DNA of 55,620 bases, filler included, from Sphacelaria rigidula (GCA_964200075.2; 5 parts of 5 records of this genome joined end to end with filler, not necessarily neighbours in it); one strand, 5' to 3'. Counted from the first letter of the whole stretch, positions 11,947-24,130 are shown. Notes: a model not told the origin generated them from the letters alone. Made by a program: numbers and translations.

Positions 11947-13422
11947 TCACTCTGTGCGTCGTCTAGCGTAGTGTCCGAATTTCCGCCGCCCCCCCCCTGC
12001 ACCACCTGCGGCGTCGGGCGGTGTCTCTGGCACACACAAGGCGGAAGAGGCGACAATCGCCGACGCTGTGAAGGATTGTGCCGCTGTGATCGAAGCGGAC
12101 GGCCCTGCACCCGCCTTTCGCGGCCGTCCAACGACATCGCCGCCAGCGCTCGCTGCGTCGGGTTCTCCGAAGGTTGGCGACGAATCCTGTGTCACGCCAC
12201 CGGCAGGAGGGACTGAGGGACACGACGACGTGGCGGCGCCGGATGAGCCCCCCATCACACCAAGCCCGCCGCACGCATCATCCCGCATCATTGTTTCTTT
12301 TCCGCCCGGAGCGGAAGCATCACCTGAATGCACTCTAGCAGTCCCTCGCGCTTCGCCTTGACCCTGTGGCATACGGGATGCAGACGGTGCCACAGTTGTC
12401 GGCGATCCGATCGTTCCTGTGTTCGTCGTCGTCTCGGATAGCCCCCCAAGCCGTCTTCGCGACGACTGAGCATGATCTCCGCCACGAGCCACCACGGGAC
12501 CGCCGTCGGGGCTTCCTGTACCTTTCCGCTTCCCCTTTTCCGGGCTCTGTTGTGGACCACCTCTGCAGGTGGCGATGTGACGCCGTGGGGCCTCCGAACG
12601 GACGTCCCCATCACTGGAGGGGGTGCTAATCCCTAGTACCGTCCCTTCAAGTATGCGTCGATGTATTGTTTTTTGGTCGCAACCGACCGGCAGTGGGAGC
12701 ACACGAGCGTTATATGCGGGGATCGCGCACCCGTGAGCATCGCGGGCTGCTCGCAGGTTACGCATATCCTCGCCGATCTGGCCGGTGTGTAACTCGACTG
12801 CGTGGATGTGAACGACCTCAGATGCGACCCGCTGCAGGGCAATCGCGAATATCAGTACTGTATCGTATATTACGGCATTCGTATGATCGGTGGGATAATG
12901 CGGCAATGTTCTGTCGAAGAGGTGGTTGTTTCGATAAAAATGCAGGGTATCGTTGTGTCTTCCTCCCACCATATGCCCTAGCACTTCCTGCAGGCATTCC
13001 AGAGCTCCACACGACATTGTCCTCCACCGCAAATGTTCCGGTGAGGAGAGCCTGCAATTTGAAAGGGAGGAACGTATATCGAGTCGGGGATAATGTCTTT
13101 CAGGTGCTTTTTTTGTTTGTCTGAAGTCATTGGGGGCCCTGAACGTGGTGTTATTGGCGGGGGATCGGGTTTTCGGCGAGAAATGAGGTCGGGAGTCGCG
13201 TGGCGGCGGGTGCATATCGGTGCAGTAGTCTAGTGCGGGGTAATGTTGTGTTTTCACGGGCGGAACGGGTGTTTGTCTCGCTTTAGGCCGGGTTGTGTGC
13301 ACGGTGGAGTTTTGCGGCGTGGCGGGGGGAAGAGGGGGCGCGGTGGGGGCACGGGGGGCGCGAAATTGTGGCGAACAGATGAGGTAGACGGCACAGAACA
13401 TGGGGGTGTTAAACTCCGTCAT
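11947..13422 (-). CDS. Unknown 491-codon ORF; plausible start at ATG 13017 (MSCGALECLQ...), then a globular-looking region and a G/S/A/P-rich low-complexity tail
   Basis: Second-longest ORF in the window, in GC-rich sequence. No family motif recognised. Coding-like sequence seems to continue past the stop (DVTVIYYEFDDYAYF). Confidence 0.35.
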   Translation of the reverse strand: MTEFNTPMFCAVYLICSPQFRAPRAPTAPPLPPATPQNSTVHTTRPKARQTPVPPVKTQHYPALDYCTDMHPPPRDSRPHFSPKTRSPANNTTFRAPNDFRQTKKAPERHYPRLDIRSSLSNCRLSSPEHLRWRTMSCGALECLQEVLGHMVGGRHNDTLHFYRNNHLFDRTLPHYPTDHTNAVIYDTVLIFAIALQRVASEVVHIHAVELHTGQIGEDMRNLRAARDAHGCAIPAYNARVLPLPVGCDQKTIHRRILEGTVLGISTPSSDGDVRSEAPRRHIATCRGGPQQSPEKGKRKGTGSPDGGPVVARGGDHAQSSRRRLGGLSETTTNTGTIGSPTTVAPSASRMPQGQGEARGTARVHSGDASAPGGKETMMRDDACGGLGVMGGSSGAATSSCPSVPPAGGVTQDSSPTFGEPDAASAGGDVVGRPRKAGAGPSASITAAQSFTASAIVASSALCVPETPPDAAGGAGGGRRKFGHYARRRTE

Positions 13423-15169
13423 ACTGTTGGGTCTGGTAATCGTGCATTATGAGGAGCATAACACTGTAGAGAGGGGGAATTGTGTGCCGGGATCCCTAAG
13501 TAAAGATTAGCTGGGGGTGTCGGCGCGAGGTTGACGTGCGATTACCGCCGCGGCGCGCGGTATTTAGGGTTTGGAGCTCCCGCGTGTGTCTGTTCGGGCG
13601 TGGTCATACGCGTGTCGGTCATTCCTTGTGCCCGCCTTTGCTGTTTGCGGGTCGCAACTGTCGATGTTGTGTGTGCGGGTATGTGCAGAGGGTTGTGGTC
13701 TCAGGTGCCGTAAGGGCGGGTGCAGCGACGGAATGTGCGCGAGAGTGGACGGCTGTGTGCGGCGTAGATAATGGCCATTTTCTACAGAGGGGTGTTTTTT
13801 ACCGTGATGACATGGAGTTGCATTATGGCAGTACAGTTCAGTTCGATGCTGGACGTCTGAGCGGCAAGGTGGTGCATATGGAGTGAAGGTAAGGAGCGAA
13901 AGACCATTGTGGGTAGTCATGGTAGTGTCTACCCTCGTATGCGACACACCCTAGTGCACGAGGCTACCGGCACTTTGCCGCATGTTGGCGCAGGCGAGGT
14001 GGGACGTGAGCAGCCAGTACAGACGGTGATACTACCGAAAATATATGGGGGTTTGTACCCGCCGGCCGCTGTTGACCTGCACGATCGATGGGCAGGACAG
14101 TTGACAGGAAGGGTCGAACATACAGCCTGCTGTATGTCTCTGATAGAGACCTGGGAGCGTACTTAACGCTAGGTTTTGCTGGGGTGGTATGCCTGGCAGC
14201 ACGCTCATTATCCCGGCATGTGGCCAACGGTTTTAACCTTACAGTGCACGATGGCCGCCCCAAACACCTCCGGAATGCGGACTCTGTACACAGTAGTATT
14301 TGCTTCCAACTGCCCAGTCCCATTTCATAACTATCACAGGTCTTTGTTCAGCCGGCGTTTGCCGCCGAGGGTGTAGCCCTGAAAACTTAGCCATGCCGGC
14401 GAACAGAGAAGCCCCATGGCTAGGTGGGGTGATTTCCACCTCAAACATTACGCCGCTTGTCTGACACAGATGGATCGACCCGGTATGCGCCCGGATCTCG
14501 TGTCTCCAGCCGCCGCGGACGCGATTAGACTGCTTCTTATTGCGTCTTATGCTGACCCCACACACTGTGCCACAAAATACCGGCGACTGCGCCTTAAGGC
14601 ACGCCTGCACCGTGGCGCACGTGCCTCCTGGAATCGTGTAACCCAAATAGAGCCAGCTGCCCTTGTGGGACCCCCTGCCAGCGATAGCGTAACGGCTCTG
14701 TTTTCGCCCCCTACCCCCGATGTTTATTTCCCTCGTTTGTGGGCGTCAAGCCTCTGTTTGCCAACCCGTAACTGCAGTAATGTAGCAATGGTTCCTCGCA
14801 AGCGTATGCAAGTGTCATCTTCTACTGTAGCGACTCGGAATTGTCGCCTCGTCGCGCTGATCGCGTGACAAGCGTCCACCTTGCCGCTGGAGGCTCGTCA
14901 TGTCTCGTTCAACTTCGTTCATCACACCATGCTCGATGACACGGTCGCCTTTCCCCTGTCGGCAACGCTTGGCAGCTGCCCCACGGCATGGTCTATCACG
15001 TGATATCTTCCTTCAGGCTGGCCCATATCTCTACTCGGAGATATCCGCGATCGAGTGTATGCCATCTCCCGCCGAAAATTGCGGCGCAATTATAAATTTC
15101 GCACAATTCATACTAAATCACTATGAAAAAAAACACTACAAAAATCTGACGGTTAGACCGCCCAGTAAG

Positions 15170-17300
15170 ATACAGTATGTCAAGATTATCGAGGACTGAA
15201 CCAATCTCTGGAGTGATACAGCGGCAGCTGGAGGGATATGTAGACCATGTATATTGGGCTAGCAGAATCGAAGTACTTTGGGAGTGTTGATTTAGCGAAT
15301 GGGTTTCTCCAGTTGAAGGTGGAGGAAGTGTTTTGGCAGCCGAAGAGTTCGTAGAAGTGATACGCTGATGCGGGTTGGAAGGCGTTGGATTGTGTTGGAG
15401 TAAATCAGATTGGAAAGGGAGTCAGGCTGGTACATACGAGTCCGGGGCGCGGTTCTTTCCACAACCTGATGGAAGAAGTGCAAATACAAGTGTTGGTAAG
15501 GGATACAAGTCGGGTTGCACCAATCGAATGGGCCGAGCCGGAGTCAGCATCAGCCAGCGTCATCAAAACGTTGGTCGAGTCATTCCTCTCATCAACCTCT
15601 GTGACAACGCTGATCTCGGAGAGTACTGCTGTGATGCTGCGCTCTCCTGGTGAGAACGAGCTAGTTGCTCCGTGTTGAGCGGAGCTGGGGGTCTCACTGA
15701 GCAGGGCTCAGTCGCAGCCGTGTAGATGGGCGCACCGTATCGGAAGAGATGCACCTATGTGGTCACCTTGAAAGCTGATCGTCGGAGGGAAGGACAACTG
15801 CGAGCGTGGAAGCGGCGAGTGGAAGCCTACACCGCTGCCTGCCCCACGTTGGGTTAGCGATTAGGGCTGACAGGAATTCATTTTTCTGGTGCCGACAGGA
15901 CAGGGCGAGGCGATTCACACTTCCGAGAATCCGATGCCCAGATTATTTCGTTCTCAGCTGACGAAAGGAAAACCAAGGCGCGAGGAGTTCAGACCCCATG
16001 AGGCGGACGCAGGTGGATAGGAAGAAGCAGTCGAGCTGGAAAAATACGATTTCGTGAAAGTTGCGACTACTCTCGTCTGTTACGAGACACCACCCCGGTA
16101 AATAACGACGTTATGCCATAGATTGTGGCTAAATTCGTTCACCCGTGGATAATGGAGGCGATTATATCAAGTGAAAGCGGAACGTTTGTTTAGCCTGACT
16201 CATATCCAGCGTGAGGATGAGGATTTGAGCACGCTCGCTACGATGTGAGACGAAGCAGAGTTACCAAAGGCTTGGGGAGCCGCTGTAACTCGTTCGTCGA
16301 TTCAAGAGGCTGAGCGGAAGTCAGACCAAACCCTGGTGGGGGGGAGGCTCCACCTGAGGAGCCACGGATACCAGGTTAAGGTAGCCCTCAGACCGTTCTC
16401 GACCAGGCGAGAGCGATTCGGATGAACAAGCCACGACTAATTTTACTGCAAGAGCGGGACTCCCGGCTTGAGCCCATCAGGGATAGGTTAATGTTGGAGA
16501 AAAGGACGGAGGTTCAGGTAAGAGGCAGGAAGCGTACGTTCCAAAATGATGATGATTTTCCATGGTATACCTCACCTAGGGCGCCAGGTAAGTTGGGCAC
16601 CAGGTAAGTTGGCTATTGCACGCAGTCAAGTGCCTGGCCAGCTCGTGTTGGTGCACACTACGCATGGGCACGCCGGAGTGATGAAAACGGCTGTAGTGGT
16701 CAACGCACGCTATGAGTGACCCGGTCTTTTCGCCGATATTCGCAAATACGTGCTGCCTTTTGGATGTCGCCGACGCAAACGTACTAATAGTCACACCATA
16801 ACGGTGCGACCCGCCCACTTCTTGCAGTTCTGGGTGATGATGTAGGTGGACATGTCGGACATGAAGCAGATTTCTACTTCTGGTAATAAGTACTTGTTGG
16901 TTGTTATGGATGGAGCAACAAAGTTCTCTTTGCTCTTTCACTAGCAGCCAAGGTTACTGAGCACGTAGATGAGGGTCTGCTGAAACCGTTCTTGACGCTC
17001 GAAACGCCCTATTTCCTTTGAAGTGACGCTGGGGGGGAGTTCACTTCGGAAGTAGTAAACCACGTATGCCATGTGGATGAAGGTGAAACTGGATCATGAC
17101 TTCTTCATGTGCACCCAGAACAGCTGCAGCGCTCATTTCCAGGCGAGGTCTGTTAGCTAGCTTGGGAGGGCAGATTTAGGGTTGGCTGAGGACATCGCAT
17201 CCGCACCTCTACTATATACTCTGACAAATAGGAAAACAGTGTTGGGCCCAGGATTGTCGTGAGTGTGAGGACATCAACGGTTGTCTCACGACGGAGCTGA
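15170..17300 (+). mobile_element. Degenerate Ty3/Gypsy LTR retrotransposon pol (RT-RH-INT)
   Basis: RT motif GLAESKYFGSVDLANGFLQLKVEE (~15255-15330). Integrase Zn-finger GHAGVMKT..ARYE*PGLFADIRKYVLPFGCRRRKRT (~16665-16790). Integrase core SGNKYLLVVMDGATKF and SDAGGEFTSEVV (~16880-17060). RT before INT indicates Gypsy. Confidence 0.8.
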
Positions 17301-17496
17301 GCCACACTGGCTTTCAGAGGAGAGGATTTGGACAGTTTCACTGCGTTACAGTTGGATGTGTTTCATGCCTTGTGGGCATTATATCAACCGCAGACTAGGC
17401 CACGTCCATCTGACACACCATCTCGAGCCGAAAGGGGCTCAATTGCGCGGTAGATTCCCCGATGTACCAAGATCCGCAAACAGTTAACGGACAGCC

Positions 17497-17850
17497 CAGA
17501 GCGGCCAACAAGATCAAGGACTTCTCCGGACTGGATGGGATCGTTTCTGTACGATGTTCAAATTCCCTACGCGATCTATCCCGGCAGAGCGGTCAACAAG
17601 ATCAAGGACTTCTCCGGAATGGATGTGATCGTTTTTGTACGGGGTTTAAATTCCCCACGTGGTCTAACCCAGCAGAGCGGTCAACAGGTCAAGGACTTCT
17701 CCGAACTGGATGGGATCGTTTCTGTACGATGTCCAAATTCCGCACGTTGTCTAACCCGGCAGAGAGATCTACAAAAGCGGGAGTTGCCGAGACTGTTTGA
17801 GATTGTTCTGCACGGTGTGTAGATTCCCAGTCTAACTCGGCAAAACGGGC
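17497..17850 (+). repeat. Tandem array, 88-bp unit, three well-conserved copies plus one degenerate
   Basis: CAGAGCGGYCAACA(A)GRTCAAGGACTTCTCCG.. starts at 17497, 17585 and 17673, with a degenerate copy at 17760 (periods 88, 88, 87). Confidence 0.9.
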
Positions 17851-17964
17851 GAAGATCGACGACTATACGAAACCGACGCCGAATACTCGAGGATGAGGAA
17901 GGCGGTGACGCGGCGATCCATCGTCGAACCGCGTTCAGCCCCAGGGTTTGTCAACCCTAGGCCT

Positions 17965-17980
17965 GAGGGGGGGTGTTGTG
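17965..17980 (+). other. Possible polypurine tract and start of a 3' LTR of the Gypsy relic
   Basis: GAGGGGGGG is followed directly by TGTTGTG (TG at 17974). An alternative AGGGGGGAGGA-TG lies at 18085-18097. No matching 5' LTR seen. Confidence 0.3.
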
Positions 17981-20900
17981 AATCGCGGCATACATGGAGA
18001 AAGGGCAGCACAATGATGGGCCCATCTAATCTGATGGAAAAGTCCCGGAGGGCTGACTGCGGGAACTGCCAATGCACCGCAGTCAGGGGGGAGGATGTTT
18101 GAACCCGTACGAAGACGGTTACATAAACATGCCTCTTTACATCCGACTTGAGCTCGGTTTGTTTCAGAATCGGGGAAAGCCGGCCCCCTGATTTTTACTC
18201 CTATGGAAGGTAACGAAGTGACCTGAGACATGAGATTCAAAAGCACCAGTGCAAAAGAGAAATGCCATTGCCTGAAGCTGTGAACAAGACACCCTGACAT
18301 TCAGGATGAGCGGTTCCTCATTAAACTGATCATCCCTTGTGCTGGAAAACTGTTTTAACCTGCGATAAATGGTGAGCGAGTACGTACAAATCACTGCATA
18401 CTGTATTGCACATGGATGAATATGCCGCATGTTTGGTTGAAGTAGGAAATTTCACCTTATGCCCCGTCTTGTGAAGATCCGTCATCACAGTGCTTGAGCA
18501 GCGATCATGGTAACCATAACAATTGAGACAGTAGTAAAAACGAACTAGTGCACGGACAAGCCAGAGAGGCTACCATACCGTTTGTCCGTAGCCGTTGAGC
18601 TTACTTGCAACGTGCAACAAGAAGAGAAATATTGATGGTATTGTAATAACAGAGAACTGAAGATAGATTGGGAGAGTGTCGGGCAGGGGAGATCGAGACA
18701 TTCGAATCCAAGCTGCCATCTTCCTCGGACAATATCAGTTCACGGGTACGACGAGACAGATTACACCAGCTCGAGTGCACTGCAAGTTACTCATTTTAAA
18801 TACTTCGCCGTAACATCCAAGTCACGGTACGGTGTCTACCTCAACACACTAAGTAATATCTTGTCTGAACTTAACATTAAACTGGAGCTGTTACATCTAA
18901 CCGTCAAAACCTCTACAGTAATTCGCTATAGTTGACATTCAGATAACACAACATGGTCAACGTTGTCTGACATCCCAATATTCCAAAGTCCCCTAGTCCA
19001 TCCCTACACGGGCTGAGAGCCGATTCGTACCAAACTTCACTTTCTCACGCCTTTTGAAAATGTTTTCCTTTAACCTGTTACACAACAGCGCTTCAGCAAG
19101 ATCCAGGGTTTTCTACCGCTTCGGTTTTAAAAAGACCAAAAAGAGCCGTCGCCGGACAGAGGTTGATAAAGGCGGCATCGTCCTCCTTTCGTGGTCGCCA
19201 TCTCCCCAAACCGCGACAACGTAGCTTGTGTAGCAGATTCATTGTAGCACCTGGATTGCACATTTATCACCCAGGTTGGATAAATGCGAGAGTTGAAAAT
19301 ACAACGATATTAGTCCGCGCGAGGACGCAGAGCGCTGCCGCCAGTAGTAGTAGCGCCCGTCAGTAATTCGAACAGCAATCTCACAACGACACATTTTCAA
19401 CGAGTACATAGAGGGTTTTTGATCAATGTTCACTGTTATTGACCAAACCTGCAGACCGGGCAATGTTTCGCGAACAGTGAAATTGACTCCCTTGATGCTC
19501 TCTGGTGAACGTGAAGGGCGTTTGCCGAGCGAATTAAACACGTGGGGTGGGGATGTGATTACCTTCTCTGTAGAGTGCATCAACATCCACCCAAGATGCG
19601 CACGGGTGACCGAAGTACAAATACGTGCACTTACATAGCGATGACCACAAGACAAACACGGGTTCATTGATTCTACATTTCAGGGTACCGTTGATTTTGT
19701 TATGGAGACTTGGCACATACCCGGATGGAAAGGAATATCGACACATCACCTTGGCTCACGACAGTCACACACATCGGTACTCACCCCGTGTGTGTAGTGC
19801 TGCCTGCGTGTGTAAGGCACGCTTGTGTGCTCATGCTTTCAAGGATATACACCATCCCTTCATGGGATCTCCTGCTATCTCTAGCCCCAATCCTCATCCT
19901 CACCCCAACCCTTGGAAAGTGATGCCAGTTCTGAGTGCCGTGCTGCTTGTCCGTTATCGCGACGTGTTACGAATTATGAGGTGGCGTTACGATCATGCAC
20001 TTGAGTCTAATGGATACCTGAGCCCACACAGCACATTTGCTATACAAGGTTCGTGGGGACTCCTTTGTCCCCATCTTTGCTCCTCGTGTGATCTTGCATT
20101 CGGCATGAGGAAGTTTCCGTTTCCAATTTTCGGCAAGTGTTTCGTTTTTGTCATGTAGACGCCTTTCAGCATGGTTCCATGATTATTTAGTATGTTATAT
20201 TCACTGACATGTGCATGTATGAGGCAAAGAATGCTATCGTGCCTCTACTGTTATCCTCAATTCAGACCCAAGTCAGTGAAATAATTGATATTCTTACAAA
20301 CACCGAACGGCCCGTCCGATCTTTGGTGCAAATTACCGTCGCATATTCGTATACGACCTTAAGTCTTCCGATGCGATACCCTGAAAACAAACTGCACGCT
20401 CATTCGCCGGTCGCAGACGTCCCTCATCCTTCTATGAGACTTGATTGCTGCCATTGAATGAAAAATCAGCGTACCATATAGCGTTTCGAAAATTTGAAAA
20501 GTTGACAATCTGTGAGTGTTCCTTGTGTCCGTGATATTTCACGGCGATATCTCCAAAAAGAGGACCTTGAGCGATCCCACGACGAGGTGCCATGCCTGTG
20601 GCTTAACTCGGGTTGACGGACCTATCTGTCGCGAGGATATTGTGTACAGCTGGTTGTCTCTGATTGGGAGCGGAGGATGAGGGAACTAGACCCTTCATCA
20701 AAATTGGGCAGCTATTCTATCTGCGTTGAGTGATATAGAGGCGAACATTTCGATCCCCTCTGCGTTCACTCTTCGGATTCCTCTGGGGGGGGTGGCATCC
20801 AGTTGCACCAACATGAAGAAAAACTGGTGAAATGGAAAAAGGGTTCCTTTACCTGGCAAACGAGACTGAACACGAAGACCTTATCGAGAATAACATGGAC

Positions 20901-22139
20901 ACGCCTTTAGTGATTGCGCTATACTTGAAATATTATTTTCCATGCATGATGATCAAACTTTGAACAAAAGGTTTTCGATTCAAGCGATCATTCCGTTTTT
21001 CGGTCAGTGTCTCGTGACCACGACTCATCGTTGTTTCTGTGTATTCCGAAATTCGGGAATCGAGGGACATGGATAAAATACGTTAGATTTGAGAAAAGCA
21101 ATCATTCTCCGACCAAGTTTGAACGAGACACGAGCTCATCAGTCTTCCGCGATCCCACGGGTGTACAACCCCCGGTTCTTCCTCTTTGAAATTTTCGTTC
21201 GACAGAAGCGATCCGGACCGTTGATATGAACAATTCTATGCGTTCAAGCTTCCCATTTTCCCGATCTTCATCGCACTTTTAAACAATGTTTTCGAGAGAT
21301 TAGGAGTAGAGGATACGGTTGAGAGTGAAAAAAAGGTCAATTAGTGAATGATATGATTCAGTTCCGAAATGCTCCTCCACGAGGCCCGATACTCTTTCTG
21401 TAGTAGCGCGCCACTGAGGCCCTTAATATCCCTGAATAGGATATCGACGTGTAGCTGCAAGCACACCACAGTGATAGAGGCAAGGAAGAGCCCACATGGA
21501 ATGGAAAATCGGCCAAGTAAAGCAAATGATCGAAGCCAGTCTCAATCCGCGCTCTGCTCCCAATCTCACGAAAACGTTGTCTTTTAGCCGAACAATCGTG
21601 TTTGTGGGGCATATACGATCAATAACACCCCCTTGATAAACGAGGTTTTACTCCGTTTCTTTTCGACAACAAACACTTAGGGAGCGTGTCCTGAGCACGA
21701 CTTGAGTCATTTTCCAACACCTATTGACTCTCAAACTCTCGAGTGAAAACAGGTAATCATCGAAACTGAGTATAAAGCTTTCTATTGAGGGTGATAACCC
21801 GGACAATTCAAATATTTGTATCTACTACACCAGCTCTTCGAAATATAGTTGCATTTCTCAACCTATCGGTACCTATTTATAACTACTACATGCCGCACAG
21901 ATTTGGATACCGATACGCGAACCTTTGGGGCCCTAAGGGAAAAACAACTATGGGGAATTCGGGTGATCAAAACGAATCATCAAATTCCTCATGATTGTTT
22001 GTTCATCGAGGACCCCGAACATTCGTTTATCGGTTTTCAAATATGTATGGCGTCTAGCAGTTGTTAACAGCTTCCAGTAGGTGAAGGAATGGAGCCGTAT
22101 CTCGAAGAACTGATGTAGTTACAAAGATTGAATTCTTCG

Positions 22140-22190
22140 GAGTCATCCTACGATAGCGGGGGGGGTATTTCGGGCCATTTGTCGCTCGAA
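22140..22190 (+). mobile_element. Left end of GAGTCATCCTACGATAG-family MITE, cut by the contig end
   Basis: GAGTCATCCTACGATAGCGGGGGGGGTATTTCGGGCCA matches the left end of the full copy at 52088. Confidence 0.8.
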
Positions 22191-22290
22191 NNNNNNNNNN
22201 NNNNNNNNNNNNNNNNNNNNNNNNNNNNNNNNNNTTAATTAATTAANNNNNNNNNNNNNNNNNNNNNNNNNNNNNNNNNNNNNNNNNNNN
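22191..22290. other. Artificial contig spacer
   Basis: N44-TTAATTAATTAA-N44. Confidence 0.98.
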
Positions 22291-22361
22291 GTCGTCTGAC
22301 ACACTTTTAAGCCTCTTTTTTCGTGCAACCAAATACCCCCCCCCCTATCGTAGGATGACTC
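22291..22361 (+). mobile_element. Right end of GAGTCATCCTACGATAG-family MITE, at a contig start
   Basis: GTCGTCTGACACACTT..TTCGTGCAACC..CCCCTATCGTAGGATGACTC matches 52268-52348. Confidence 0.8.
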
Positions 22362-22673
22362 ATCATCAGATCTGCCAAAAAGGACGAAGTACACCGAAAG
22401 AAAGGAAGAGAGAAGATAATTATAGACAAGACAAGACACGACAGGTGACACAAGGAGATTAATTAACATGGCCAACAAGTTCGGGTTCAACTTAAAATAT
22501 ATCTGATAGGTCGTAATTTCAACTATCATCGTCGTTTATTATTATGGTGAAGATGGTTGAAAATACGACCTATCAGATCTACATTAATTTTCGAAGATGG
22601 TTGAAATCATGACCTATTAGATAAGGATTTTTGTTTTCCACCGCACTTTTTCGATCGAAAACTCATGTGCTTA

Positions 22674-22862
22674 GGCCGTGTCTTAGCAAATCATATTTCG
22701 ATTGAAAAAGTGTGTTGGAAAACAAAAATCCCGATTTGATTGGTCGTGATTTCAACCATATTTAAAATAAACGACGATGGTTGAATTAACGACCTATCAG
22801 ATCGGAGTTTTCCTTTTCCATCGCACATTATCGATCGAAAAAAAATGTGCTGAGACACGGCC
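22674..22862. mobile_element. Foldback, Tourist-like (PIF/Harbinger-type) MITE
   Basis: GGCCGTGTCTTAGCA... / ...TGCTGAGACACGGCC with ~85-bp imperfect arms. Flanks are TTA and TCA, close to a TWA target. Further fragments of the same family lie at 22501-22670. Confidence 0.7.
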
Positions 22863-22874
22863 TCAAGGGGTTAA

Positions 22875-22982
22875 CCCTTTGACCACGAGCGTAGGCCACC
22901 TGCTGAATCGGCATCAATATTCACCTGGAAAATGTGTGCATAATCTAGATACTCGTAAACTACCCGCACCGTGGTCTAAGGG
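22875..22982 (+). mobile_element. 108-bp piggyBac-like MITE
   Basis: TTAA at 22871-22874 and 22983-22986. TIRs CCCTTTGACCACG / CGTGGTCTAAGGG (12/13 match). Confidence 0.85.
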
Positions 22983-24041
22983 TTAACGGTAGGAGATCAT
23001 ACAGCATACATACAGTAAAACATTCACCAGTACTGTTGAATACATCCGGGGGAAAAATTACTGTTGAAAATACCGGTAACCTTGTGTTTGATAGAGCTAT
23101 ACGACCGACCGTGCATGAAATTGAGGTTGATTCAACACATGATTTGCTATACCATGCTCGCGGTGAATGTAACTCAATTCGTGCCCGACGGAGGATGCAA
23201 TCTGTATATTGAAATCCGATCATCCATTCCTCTTTTGAAATCCCGCGGATTGAGCAAGGGGGGTATGTACTGCGTACATTTGTACACGTATAGGATACAT
23301 ACATGCGTTCGTCACCAATATGTAGTACGTCGACAAAAACAATACACGTGATGATGATGATGTTCTCGCGATACGAAATTTACAGAAGTACGATCGAGTA
23401 TAGCCGTCGTGCAGCAGACCGACAGTGGGGTCTCCACATGGATAATCTATTATTGCAGTACGTGTTGACCCTTGGGCGGCGAGAGTAGGTCATCTGTTGA
23501 GTTAATTAATTTCACTTGAAAGAAGTGTGCATGATCCAGATTGATGGACTATTGTACGCTACTCGCGATCCAAGGGTGAAGGTTTCCATGCACGTTTTAC
23601 TACTCCATACATTATATCATTTTGCTTTTTATTTCATTTTATCTGTAGTCTTGGGAGCCAGTTGCGATCCTTATTGCGCTGCTTCATCATGGGGGCCACA
23701 TGGCCTCAAGTGATATGCATATATACGCTATCCAACCATGAGTCGCGCGGGACGCCGAACAGAGTATCATTGGACGTTTCAATCCGCTGATAACCTCTTC
23801 ATTTCCAGTGAGTAAATCCCATCCCTCGGCGTTCTCTGCCGCGGATCGCATCTTCTTGGCAATCCATTTAACCCTTTTGGGACCGGAGTGAAATCACCGG
23901 GGTTAAGGCTTACCGTGACTCCGCATAATTTTTACTTGAACAGAAGTGAAAATAATGCAGACTAACAAGAAATGGCCCCTGCGTGCAAACTAGGTCCTCG
24001 CCCCTGTTAGAGGGAGTCTGGTCCCCAAAGAGCTACAGTAA

Positions 24042-24130
24042 CCCTTGGACCGCGGTGCGGGTCGTAGTCCTTCGGATTACGCATACTTCTTTCAAGTGAA
24101 TATTGATGCCGATTCAGTAGGTGACCTACC
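24042..24130 (-). mobile_element. piggyBac-like MITE, partial inverted copy
   Basis: CCCTTGGACCGCGGTGCGGGT...GTGAATATTGATGCCGATTCAGTAGGTGACCTAC is the reverse complement of most of 22875-22982. Confidence 0.7.

Noticed and set aside
17497-17850. CRISPR-like array
   Set aside because: Whole 88-bp units are homologous with no unique spacers, there are no cas genes and the context is eukaryotic.
22140-22361. Apparent single MITE spanning gap 2
   Set aside because: The left and right halves belong to separate contigs; the juxtaposition is best explained by contigs commonly breaking in this family.
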